A model generated the notes under the pieces. It saw nothing but the letters and a program-made list of their open reading frames with translations, was not told the origin of the DNA and did no database searches. Below are positions 7,252-15,530 of a stretch of 64,000 nucleotides of DNA, piece after piece (the stretch's first letter is position 1; each line of letters starts with the position of its first letter). The stretch is from a virus. The stretch covers positions 1 through 64,000 of IMG/VR virus record IMGVR_UViG_3300036861_000805; one strand, written 5' to 3'. The translations under genes and the position numbers were made by a program.

Positions 7252-7255
7252 TCCC

Positions 7256-7298
7256 AAAAAGCGGTCCCGGACCGGCAATTGTGCGGTCCGGGACCGCT
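7256..7298 (-). terminator. strong hairpin with U-tract on minus strand
   Basis: AAAAAGCGGTCCCGGACCG...CGGTCCGGGACCGCT. Confidence 0.5.
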
Positions 7299-7321
7299 CA
7301 TGCACGTCCGAAGGAGGAATC

Positions 7322-7585
7322 ATGGAGCAGAACACGCTCCGGCACATCGCGGAGGACGCATTCCTCACTGCCGCGAAAATCCGCACGCTCGACGATGATT
7401 ATCTCGGAGTCGAAAATGAACTCGACTCCTATCGACTGGCCGAAATCATCGTAAATCTAGGCGAGCGCATCATCGACCAAGCAGGGATTCCACATGAAGC
7501 TGTATGGGTCCCCGATGCCTTGCGCGACATGCTCGATCCCGATTATCTCGGGCGCACAACCGGTGACCCACCGATCGGTTATTGA
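7322..7585 (+). CDS. hypothetical protein
   Basis: AAGGAGG RBS, ATG 7322. Confidence 0.7.
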   Translation: MEQNTLRHIAEDAFLTAAKIRTLDDDYLGVENELDSYRLAEIIVNLGERIIDQAGIPHEAVWVPDALRDMLDPDYLGRTTGDPPIGY

Positions 7586-7588
7586 CGG

Positions 7589-7615
7589 AAGGGCATCCCG
7601 AGAGGGATGCTTTTC
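7589..7615 (+). terminator. intrinsic terminator candidate
   Basis: GGGCATCCC-GAGA-GGGATGCTTTT. Confidence 0.55.
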
Positions 7616-7670
7616 GATGCCCTGACTCAGACGTTATCAGGCTGAGAATCGACCGAAAGGAGAGCACACA

Positions 7671-7913
7671 ATGGACAACCGCGTCCTGCAAGACGAGCAC
7701 GAGCAGGCGCTCACCCACATCGACAAAGCCGACGAATGGGCGAACAAAGACAACGTCGATCCTGACTATCGACGTGTCGCGGTTGACTACCACCTGCGGC
7801 TCGCACAAATCCACGCGACGCTCGCGACCGCGCAGAAGCTCGACACCCTGATCGGCCTCGTGTTCGACGAGGGTCGCCCCATCTATATGCGCGGGAAGGA
7901 GGTGCCACATTGA
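7671..7913 (+). CDS. hypothetical protein
   Basis: RBS, 80 aa. Confidence 0.7.
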   Translation: MDNRVLQDEHEQALTHIDKADEWANKDNVDPDYRRVAVDYHLRLAQIHATLATAQKLDTLIGLVFDEGRPIYMRGKEVPH

Positions 7914-8104
7914 CCCGCATCCCAGTCGAGGCGATCGAAGGTCTCGAAGAAGTCGTCACGCGCTGGCTCGACCAGCGCATCGGCGAACTGCGCGAGGAAC
8001 TCGGCGCGGAGCGCGTCGAACGCCAGAATGCGGATGAGGCGATCCGCGACTCACTGCAGACGCTCTCGCATCAGCTCGAGAACGTGGCGGGGCAGTTGTC
8101 ATGA
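7910..8104 (+). CDS. coiled-coil hypothetical protein
   Basis: GGAGG RBS, TTGA overlap. Confidence 0.65.
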   Translation: MTRIPVEAIEGLEEVVTRWLDQRIGELREELGAERVERQNADEAIRDSLQTLSHQLENVAGQLS

Positions 8105-8301
8105 GACGGCTGCCGAGTATCGGTGATCGCATCGAGCTCGTTCTCACTCTGAGAAAGCTATTCGGGGTCAAGGAGCTCGGATTCGTCACGTTGCTCGCGC
8201 TCGGTTTCTCAAGCCCGATGTTCGGAGGGCCGTGGCACGCCGCCGCGGCCTTCCTCGCTTACTGCGTGCTCTTCGTCTCGGTTGCACTGGACGGACGATA
8301 G
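8101..8301 (+). CDS. small membrane protein
   Basis: ATGA overlap; two hydrophobic stretches. Confidence 0.55.
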   Translation: MRRLPSIGDRIELVLTLRKLFGVKELGFVTLLALGFSSPMFGGPWHAAAAFLAYCVLFVSVALDGR

Positions 8302-8350
8302 ACCCGGCACGTAGAATGTCGTTAGCCCAGTAGTTCAACCGAAAAGGAGG
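8288..8350 (+). promoter_or_regulatory. promoter plus conserved leader (related copies at 11752-11807 and 18105-18173)
   Basis: TGGACG-18-TAGAAT-GTCGTTAGCCCAG...CAACCGAAAAGGAGG. Confidence 0.55.
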
Positions 8351-8354
8351 CGTC

Positions 8355-8588
8355 ATGCTGACGCTCGAACAGGTGGAGGCGAGAGACTTCACCTTCTGTA
8401 CCGCCGTCTATGGCAACCCGCTTCGCTTCGAGCGGTTTATCGTCGGGACGGGACTGAAGTCCGAGGCGGAACCTCGTGCGAGAGCCTTCGCCACGGAGCA
8501 ATGGGGCGAGCCCGAGAAGCTCTGGCTCTACCCCCGCACCTACATCAAGGATGCGCGGCGGCTGCTCGCGGAGGGTCGCCATGACTGA
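8355..8588 (+). CDS. hypothetical protein
   Basis: RBS, 77 aa. Confidence 0.7.
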   Translation: MLTLEQVEARDFTFCTAVYGNPLRFERFIVGTGLKSEAEPRARAFATEQWGEPEKLWLYPRTYIKDARRLLAEGRHD

Positions 8589-8952
8589 CAGCGCCCTCTA
8601 TATCCTCACTCCGCCCGTACCGTTCCGCGCGGGATTCGTGGGTACAGGCGACGCCAGTCCCTTCTATCACCACTGCGCGGACTGCACCCGCGCCACGTAT
8701 CCGGATATGCCCGACTCGGACGCGGAGCAGCCGATTACGGCTGTGCTCGCTGCGCCCGGGCTCGACACGCTCGTCTGGGATGCCATACGGCTCGTGCAAC
8801 TCGACGAGTCGGACTCGCTCTCGTACACGCCGGCGGTCTTCTGCGCCCAGCACGCGCAGGAGCGTTGGCCGCAGGAGTTCTGCCCGGAATGCGGGCAACC
8901 CGACAACTGCGGCGATTGCGACCACACACCGATTACGGAGGCTGTCGCATGA
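8581..8952 (+). CDS. Cys-rich hypothetical protein
   Basis: ATG 8581; several CxxC. Confidence 0.65.
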   Translation: MTDSALYILTPPVPFRAGFVGTGDASPFYHHCADCTRATYPDMPDSDAEQPITAVLAAPGLDTLVWDAIRLVQLDESDSLSYTPAVFCAQHAQERWPQEFCPECGQPDNCGDCDHTPITEAVA

Positions 8953-9293
8953 ACACTTACAGAGAGCAGCTCGCGCGACAGGAGGCTTTGCGAGCCTCCC
9001 TGCCCAAGCGCGAGTACATCACGAACCAGGAGTACGCGAAGCTCAAGTCCGCGCTCACGCGTGCGAAGAACTCGGGCGATCCGGCGCGCGTGCTCAAGGC
9101 AGTTGAGGCGGCGGTCGACGTCTTCAATCAGAAGATCTGGCCGGACGATTGGGCGATGTGGCGCATCGCGCTCGAGGATGCCTCGCAACAGGCGAAGTCA
9201 TCGGCGGCCCGTGCGTCCATCCGCGACGGTGAGTACGAGCGGCTGATGACGCTCTCCGACGAACTGTACGCGGCAAGCCTGGTCCTGTTCTGA
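8949..9293 (+). CDS. hypothetical protein
   Basis: ATGA overlap, GGAGG RBS. Confidence 0.7.
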   Translation: MNTYREQLARQEALRASLPKREYITNQEYAKLKSALTRAKNSGDPARVLKAVEAAVDVFNQKIWPDDWAMWRIALEDASQQAKSSAARASIRDGEYERLMTLSDELYAASLVLF

Positions 9294-9496
9294 TGACGCT
9301 GCGCGACTTCATACGAGAGAACCGCGCAGAGATCGACGCCATGATCAACGCGGAGCTATTCCGCTGGGATGGAGAGGGAGGCCGCGGGACGATCCCCAAT
9401 CCGCCGCCTCGACGCAACGACGACGAACGCGGCGCGTGGATAGTGAACTACGAGCCGCTCTACCGATGGGCACGCTCCTGTGGGGTGCCCGTCTGA
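9293..9496 (+). CDS. hypothetical protein
   Basis: TGATG coupling. Confidence 0.7.
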   Translation: MTLRDFIRENRAEIDAMINAELFRWDGEGGRGTIPNPPPRRNDDERGAWIVNYEPLYRWARSCGVPV

Positions 9497-9528
9497 GAAT
9501 CCCGCCTGGCGGGAGAGAGGAGAAAAGG

Positions 9529-10083
9529 ATGAGTGCGTGGGTCGTATCGAAGACGCACATCGACCTGCTCGTACGAGCAGCGCTACACGCTCGCGAGGTC
9601 AGCGGCCACGGCTTTTCATGGTGGGCCGTCGAAGAGAACGGTGGCTACGCCGGCTGGCGAGAGCTCGACGAATTCGCCGAGGAACGGGCGCCTCGCTATG
9701 AAGGGCACGAGTTCGTGAGCCCCTCCGCGCTCGGGCAGATCCTCGTGAACGAGAACGTCATGAGCGTGCATCACCGCTACCCGGACGACAACCCCGATAT
9801 GGGGGAGTTGCCCGGTCCAGTCGACGCCTACTACATGGGTCCCTACGTGTACGAGAATCCGGGCTATACGCTCACACCCGGCGAAGTGTTCGCAGCGATC
9901 GACTGTCTCGACTACCAGAGCTGCGAGCACGATGAGTGGATGCAGTCGGAGGCCTATGCGTTCCTGCGCGCCCTGCGTGTGCGCTATTGCCAGAAGGTCG
10001 AAGGGTACGCCGAGGCTCCTCATGGCTGGGAGCAAGAGGACCTGGCCAAGCGACCGCGTGAGTTCTCGCGGAGGGTCCTCTGA
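9529..10083 (+). CDS. conserved phage hypothetical protein
   Basis: MSAWVVSKTHIDLLV...CLDYQSCEHDEWMQSEA. Confidence 0.8.
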   Translation: MSAWVVSKTHIDLLVRAALHAREVSGHGFSWWAVEENGGYAGWRELDEFAEERAPRYEGHEFVSPSALGQILVNENVMSVHHRYPDDNPDMGELPGPVDAYYMGPYVYENPGYTLTPGEVFAAIDCLDYQSCEHDEWMQSEAYAFLRALRVRYCQKVEGYAEAPHGWEQEDLAKRPREFSRRVL

Positions 10084-10310
10084 TGCGCATCGTCATCGCC
10101 ATTGATCTCGGGAACGAGGCTATGCAGACCATGCAGGACGTCGCCGACGCGCTTGCGAAGTGCCTGACGGCGAGCACGGACATGAACGAGCCGCTGCTCA
10201 TGAACGAGAGCGGCCGCGTTCGCGACCTGAACGGAAATACAGTGGGAGCCTGGGAAGTAGTCGATCTCGCCAACGGCAGCCCGTCATGGTTGACGAGTTT
10301 CTCAGACTGA
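10083..10310 (+). CDS. hypothetical protein
   Basis: coupled start; VRDLNGNTVGAW motif. Confidence 0.7.
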   Translation: MRIVIAIDLGNEAMQTMQDVADALAKCLTASTDMNEPLLMNESGRVRDLNGNTVGAWEVVDLANGSPSWLTSFSD

Positions 10311-10325
10311 GAAAGGAGGAGAAGC

Positions 10326-10616
10326 ATGAACGAGTCCATCATCGACCGCACGGCTGACCAGGCGGTCGGCTTCCTGCGCGTGTTCCACGTGATAGGCAAG
10401 CGGGCAGGTGTCGTGCACTGGCGCCACGACGTCGCAGCCCGTGATGAGAACCACGCTTGTGACCTTGCGCGTGAGTTCATCCTGACCAGCAAAGCGAACA
10501 TCTTGCACGACGTGCGAGGCGATCTGCGCTTCAGCGCCGAGCGTGCACGCATGCTCTCAGAACCCTATGGATGGATCATCGGAGTACGAGATCCAAAAGG
10601 AGAAGACAATGGCTAA
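10326..10616 (+). CDS. hypothetical protein
   Basis: AAAGGAGG RBS. Confidence 0.7.
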   Translation: MNESIIDRTADQAVGFLRVFHVIGKRAGVVHWRHDVAARDENHACDLAREFILTSKANILHDVRGDLRFSAERARMLSEPYGWIIGVRDPKGEDNG

Positions 10617-11754
10617 GTCGTTTACATTCCGCGCGTCCGCGGCCGAGATCCTGGGGGTCGTCAGCCGCGTCACTCGTACCAACAAGAACGCCGTCGAAGT
10701 CCTGAACGGCGTGCATCTCGCGCTTGAGGGCAAAGAGCTGATCGTGCAGGGATCGGACATGAGCCTGATCCTGCGTGAGCGTCTTCCGGTCACGCACGTC
10801 GGCGAGGGCACGCGCGTCGTGCTCAAGGCGGATAAGGTGCTCAAGGGGCTGCGCACGCTCGACGGCATCGTCACATTCGCTGGTCGCAAGAATGTGCTCG
10901 CGATCCGGAACGGCACAACCACGCTCAACTACGCGCTCGGCAACGTCGAGGACTATCCGACGCTGCCCGTTGGCCCGACGGATTCCGCAGTCAGTTGCGA
11001 GCGCAAGGAGTTCGAGCTCACATTCGGCACCGTGAAGGCCGCACTCGGCAAGGACCAGTCGCGGCCGATTCTGTGCTGCGTCAAGCTTGAGATGGACCCG
11101 GAGTGGAAAGGCCGTTTCCGTATGACGGCCACGGACTCCTACCGTCTGGCCTCAGACTCCTGCGCTTCAACGCAGGCGGAGTTCGGCGAGGCGAACGTCG
11201 ACGGCCAGGACTTCGCCAAGGCACTTCAGTTCGTCGGCCACGGCCTCGCGAAGAAGGTCACGCTGTCGCGTTTCGACAAGTGGGTCGTGCTCTCCGAGGG
11301 AGAGCGGAGCGCGTGGCTGCGCGTGATCGAGGGACAGTTTCCGAACTATCGACAGCTCCTCCCGCAAAGTTGGGAGGCCTGCATCGAGCTCAACCGACGG
11401 GAGGCGCTCAAGGCCTTCGATCGCATGAGCAAGCTGAACGAATATAACCGCCCGGCGAAGATCACCTGGGCTGCGGATGCAGTCCTAGCGACCATCGGCT
11501 CGGACATCCCGGACGTGAACCTCGTCGAGTCCAGAATCGAGGCCACGGCCACGGGCGCATATGAGCTGGGGCTCCCGTATGGGATCAACCCAACGTTCAT
11601 GTACGACGCCCTGCAGTCAATCGGCGGAGAGAAGGTGCGTTTCCACTACATCAACCCGCTCCGGCCCTGCCTCATCACCGAGCCGGACTGGAACCACGAA
11701 GGCGGGGGGATGCCGGATCGCTTCTACCTTGTCATGCCGATCCGGTTGCCATAG
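10609..11754 (+). CDS. dnaN: DNA polymerase III beta subunit (sliding clamp)
   Basis: DYPTLP, SRPIL, ATDSYRLA, IEGQFPNYRQLLP, C-terminal YLVMPIR; about 380 aa. Confidence 0.9.
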   Translation: MAKSFTFRASAAEILGVVSRVTRTNKNAVEVLNGVHLALEGKELIVQGSDMSLILRERLPVTHVGEGTRVVLKADKVLKGLRTLDGIVTFAGRKNVLAIRNGTTTLNYALGNVEDYPTLPVGPTDSAVSCERKEFELTFGTVKAALGKDQSRPILCCVKLEMDPEWKGRFRMTATDSYRLASDSCASTQAEFGEANVDGQDFAKALQFVGHGLAKKVTLSRFDKWVVLSEGERSAWLRVIEGQFPNYRQLLPQSWEACIELNRREALKAFDRMSKLNEYNRPAKITWAADAVLATIGSDIPDVNLVESRIEATATGAYELGLPYGINPTFMYDALQSIGGEKVRFHYINPLRPCLITEPDWNHEGGGMPDRFYLVMPIRLP

Positions 11755-11812
11755 ACGAGTGATAGGCCGACAGCTAGAATGTCGGTAGCCCAGACAACCG
11801 AAAGGAGAAACC

Positions 11813-12307
11813 GTGCGTGATCCAATCCCTCCGGGGAGGGTGGCGAATGGCGCATCCCTCGCCGACCGCGTCGAGCACTACCTCAGACGCGTCGTTGTCG
11901 ACGCGGAATCGGGATGCTGGTTGTGGCAAGGGGGAAGAAACGTGTACGGCTATGCAGAGGTGTCTATCCGATACCAGAAACGCCGTGTGCATCTGGTCGT
12001 GTACGAGGTACTCGTAGGCCCTATCCCTGACGGCCACGATCTGCACCATCGCTGTCCAAACAGACACTGCATCTACCCGCGCCACCTAGAGCCGTTGACA
12101 CATGGGCAACATGCGTATCTCCATTTCGCTTCGTTATTTACTGCTGCCAACGAAAGGCGTCGAGCGGCAACACACTGCAAACACAATCATCTGCTGAGCG
12201 GCGACAACCTTTACATCCGTCCTGACGGGCGGAGGTCGTGCAGACGGTGTCGAGCGAATGCGGTAGTTCGATACGAGAGGAGGAGACGCTGTGTACGAGC
12301 CACGTGA
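11813..12307 (+). CDS. HNH homing endonuclease
   Basis: GCWLWQG...LHHRCPNRHCIYPRHLE...THCKHNH...CRRC. Confidence 0.85.
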   Translation: MRDPIPPGRVANGASLADRVEHYLRRVVVDAESGCWLWQGGRNVYGYAEVSIRYQKRRVHLVVYEVLVGPIPDGHDLHHRCPNRHCIYPRHLEPLTHGQHAYLHFASLFTAANERRRAATHCKHNHLLSGDNLYIRPDGRRSCRRCRANAVVRYERRRRCVRAT

Positions 12308-12533
12308 TCCTCTGCCCCCGGGCCATGGAGAGCCGCGGTCATTGAACCCCCGCGGCACCTTCGACACCGATCCTGGTGTTCAGTTCCGCTGCCCCGAGTG
12401 CGGTGTGATGGTCCAGAACCTGCGCCCAGATGCTCATGGCGAGTGGGAAGGCTACTGTCCGTCCCACGGAACGGTTCCGGCAGTCGCTCTGGGTTCTCAG
12501 ACTGATAACGACGACGAGGATCAGGATGAGTGA
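12291..12533 (+). CDS. zinc-ribbon hypothetical protein
   Basis: CPEC...CPSH. Confidence 0.6.
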   Translation: MYEPRDPLPPGHGEPRSLNPRGTFDTDPGVQFRCPECGVMVQNLRPDAHGEWEGYCPSHGTVPAVALGSQTDNDDEDQDE

Positions 12534-12795
12534 GCCACTCGACTGGCCGATGAGGCTGGCTAAGGTCGCCTCGCTACTCGACGACGAAACCGTAGACGTT
12601 GTGCTCGACGAGGACGATGGCTACTGCCACATCGTCGACGCAGATGGGCTCACGTACTACTGCGGCAAACCGCGTGTGGGCGAGGTCGCCTGCAAGACCT
12701 ACGAGGGCGAGGCGATCTGCCCGACATGCGGACTCCCAACGTGCCCGACGTGTGCGGTGCGCTCGGATCTCGCCGTACGACTGGAGGGAACATGA
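12526..12795 (+). CDS. Cys-rich hypothetical protein
   Basis: ATG 12526; CPTCGLPTCPTC. Confidence 0.65.
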   Translation: MSEPLDWPMRLAKVASLLDDETVDVVLDEDDGYCHIVDADGLTYYCGKPRVGEVACKTYEGEAICPTCGLPTCPTCAVRSDLAVRLEGT

Positions 12796-13061
12796 CGAGC
12801 GAAGAGCAGACGGAGCGTCGCCTGAAGCGTGAGGCGGACACGCTCCTGAAGACGATCAAGGTGGGCGACAAGTCCGTAAACGTCGCCCGTGTCGAAGTCA
12901 CCTACCAACGCCCAGGCGACATCGAGCACGCGGGACACCTCGTCGTCGTTATGCCGGGAGACGTGGATCCCTGGCAGATGGCGCGTGAGCAGGGCTACCG
13001 CTACCTCGAGAGCCTGGGGGAACTGGAGTACAGCAGTGTCGACGACATCTACGCGATCTAA
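12792..13061 (+). CDS. hypothetical protein
   Basis: GGAGG RBS; ATGA overlap. Confidence 0.65.
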   Translation: MTSEEQTERRLKREADTLLKTIKVGDKSVNVARVEVTYQRPGDIEHAGHLVVVMPGDVDPWQMAREQGYRYLESLGELEYSSVDDIYAI

Positions 13062-13277
13062 GCCGCTGGAGTTCAAGGGGCGCCACCGCGTCTCAATCAT
13101 CCTCCGCGCCCCCGACCTGACGCCCGTAGAGGCGAAGGAACTCGTGAAGGAACTTCGCGACGCGCTCCGCTATGTCCGGAACGGAAGCGGCGGCAGACCA
13201 ATCCAAGCCACGGTCAGCTGGACAGACCTGGATGATCTCGGAACCTACGCACTAAGGCTGCGGAGGAGGCGGGTGGT

Positions 13278-13709
13278 ATGACGCGATCTGAGCACAACGT
13301 GCTCTGCCCGGATTGCAGGCAGCCGGTGCGCCCCTGCAATCTGAACCGTCACCGTCGCACGCACCTGCCGCGGCCGGTGAGAAGGACGACGGCGGGCTAC
13401 CAGTGGACGAAGTTCACGCGCCCGAAGCGGCCGCTCATTCAGTACCGAGATCATGACCGGCGCTACGACGAGGCGTTCCCGCGCGGCGAGGGACGTTATC
13501 GCTTCCGTGTGTACCGTCTGCGCGCCGGCGAGTTGCAGCTGCTCGCCGCTGCTCCCGATCCACCTGGCTACGGAGTCGCGCTCTTCGAGCTCTACGAGGA
13601 CGGTGAGTACATCGTCGACGACGCGACGGGCATCCTCGACACGATCGAAGATCCGGGCGACTGGATCGTGCACCCGTTCGCGCTCGGTAGACGAAGGGAG
13701 GCGGCATGA
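13278..13709 (+). CDS. C2H2-like zinc finger hypothetical protein
   Basis: CPDC...LNRHRRTH. Confidence 0.65.
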   Translation: MTRSEHNVLCPDCRQPVRPCNLNRHRRTHLPRPVRRTTAGYQWTKFTRPKRPLIQYRDHDRRYDEAFPRGEGRYRFRVYRLRAGELQLLAAAPDPPGYGVALFELYEDGEYIVDDATGILDTIEDPGDWIVHPFALGRRREAA

Positions 13710-13864
13710 ACGCAACGAACGAAACAGACATTGAAAGACTGTGCGGAGAGATCGCGCAGCTCATAAAAGCCCTGCGAGCCGTGGAGGAAATTGCACTGGA
13801 TCACCGCGAGCGCCATATCGCGTTTCAGCTGATCCTCCGCGAAATCCAAAGGGTGCTTCCGTGA
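13706..13864 (+). CDS. small hypothetical protein
   Basis: GGAGG RBS, ATGA overlap. Confidence 0.55.
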   Translation: MNATNETDIERLCGEIAQLIKALRAVEEIALDHRERHIAFQLILREIQRVLP

Positions 13865-13992
13865 CACACGAGCCGACACCCGCGAAGTTGTCATGACCCA
13901 TCCGTGGCCGTATCTGCTCGGCGTCGGCATCGGCTGGGTTACAGCAGGCGGCTTCGTCGCCGCGGCCTTCTGGTTGGAGAAGAAGGTGGGAC

Positions 13993-14538
13993 GTGACGCG
14001 CGTCGCCGCCGCTAACGCCTGGCTCGACGAGTACCGCGAGCGGGTGCCCGAACGGGTCCTCGAGATGGCTCGCCTACACGTGGAGGAGTGCTTAAGCTAC
14101 GCGCAGATCGGGGAGCGCTACGGGATTTCCAGGCAGCGCGTCGGGCAGCTGCTCACGCCGCTTGACCTCGCGCATCCCGAGGTTCAGCGCAGAGATGAGG
14201 AGGGACTGCGCAAGGCAGCCAGGCGCATCGAGCAACGGCGCTCGACACTCGCAGTCGAAGCGGAGAAGCTCGGCTACAGCTCAGGGGACTCGTTGCGCAC
14301 GGCGCTCTGGAGGATCGGGCTCAAGGTGCACGAACCCCCTCCGGCCATGCCGAAACACGGGACTGTCGCCCGCTATCGACGCGGATGCCAGTGCACGCGC
14401 TGCCGCAGAGCGAACGCCGACTATGCCCGCGAGCGCTACCAGGAAGCTCGCTCAACGGCTGAGGCCCGAGAGCAGGCGCGCGTGAAAGCACGCGCGAAAC
14501 GCGCCGAGAAGCGGCGCAGGAAGGAGATGATGGAATGA
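13993..14538 (+). CDS. sigma70 region-4-like HTH DNA-binding protein
   Basis: SYAQIGERYGISRQRVGQLL; HGTVARYRRGCQCTRCRRAN. Confidence 0.75.
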   Translation: MTRVAAANAWLDEYRERVPERVLEMARLHVEECLSYAQIGERYGISRQRVGQLLTPLDLAHPEVQRRDEEGLRKAARRIEQRRSTLAVEAEKLGYSSGDSLRTALWRIGLKVHEPPPAMPKHGTVARYRRGCQCTRCRRANADYARERYQEARSTAEAREQARVKARAKRAEKRRRKEMME

Positions 14539-14777
14539 CCAGCCACACATATCACGAGGACTCGCACACGCATGGGCTAGCAGACGATTGCCCGCGCTGT
14601 TACGAGCATTCTCTGCATCCGTTCGAGTCGCTCGACGAGAGCAACATCCGCAACCTCGCACTCCGCGTCGAGCAGAACCTAGACGCGCGCTCGGAGAACG
14701 AGCGCACGGCCATGAACGTCATCGACATGGTGCTCTTCCGCGCCAGGCGGCTTAAGGCCATGGGAATCGAGATCTGA
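14535..14777 (+). CDS. hypothetical protein
   Basis: ATGA overlap; CPRC. Confidence 0.7.
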   Translation: MTSHTYHEDSHTHGLADDCPRCYEHSLHPFESLDESNIRNLALRVEQNLDARSENERTAMNVIDMVLFRARRLKAMGIEI

Positions 14778-14794
14778 AAGGAGGCGTATCGACG

Positions 14795-15037
14795 TTGACA
14801 GTCCACAACGCCGTATTGCAAGTCGGGGACGAGGTCTTTCACTTCTCGTCTCTCGACGGGGAGTCCTGGCTGCCCGTGACGCGGCCGGGGAACGAAGGTG
14901 AAGAGGAGAAGATCCACAATCTCTTTGAGGGCGACGGCAATTTCAAGCCGATGGCCTTCACGAAGTCCTACCTAGAAGGGCAGGGCGCACTGTTCACGAT
15001 GGATTCTCAGACTGAGAATCAGGAGGAGGCAGGATGA
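14795..15037 (+). CDS. hypothetical protein
   Basis: AAAGGAGG RBS, TTG start. Confidence 0.65.
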   Translation: MTVHNAVLQVGDEVFHFSSLDGESWLPVTRPGNEGEEEKIHNLFEGDGNFKPMAFTKSYLEGQGALFTMDSQTENQEEAG

Positions 15038-15327
15038 CACGCACCGAAGTGCTCAACCTGGTGCACCCCTCGGTGCTCGTCTACTTCGAGCAACCGCTCA
15101 GAAGCGCAGCGGGCACCGACTTGTTCCAGGCCGGTGAAGTCGGAGCGATTGAGCTTCGTCGGATCGACTCCTGGGGCGACGAAATCGCGCTCTACAACTC
15201 GCCACTCTTGCCGAAGCACGCGATCGGCTTTTGCACAGCGAACGAACTAGCGGGCAAGGTGAGACTCGCGACACGCGATGAAGAGATCGCGTGGATCATA
15301 AGAGCAGCACGAAAGGAGGCGTCATGA
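15034..15327 (+). CDS. hypothetical protein
   Basis: RBS, ATGA overlap. Confidence 0.65.
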   Translation: MTRTEVLNLVHPSVLVYFEQPLRSAAGTDLFQAGEVGAIELRRIDSWGDEIALYNSPLLPKHAIGFCTANELAGKVRLATRDEEIAWIIRAARKEAS

Positions 15328-15530
15328 TGACGCTTGCAGAGGAACTGCTGCGTGAGTCCGGAGGCGATCCCGTGCAGGCTGCGGTGATCATGGCCGAGGC
15401 CCTCATGCAGGACGATCCCGCCACCTTCAAGGCGGGATACACCCAGGCCAACGCGGAGATCGCCGCGGCCGAGTACATGGGCGTCGACCGGGAAACCGTG
15501 CACGATGCCCTAGAAAGGAGAAAGAGCTAG
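15324..15530 (+). CDS. hypothetical protein
   Basis: RBS, ATGA overlap. Confidence 0.65.
   Translation: MMTLAEELLRESGGDPVQAAVIMAEALMQDDPATFKAGYTQANAEIAAAEYMGVDRETVHDALERRKS

Noticed and set aside
9494-9507. Possible self-target of the first array-1 unit (TGAGAAT...CCCGCC)
   Set aside because: Needs a gap of at least 2 nt plus a mismatch; a systematic self-target search could not be done by eye
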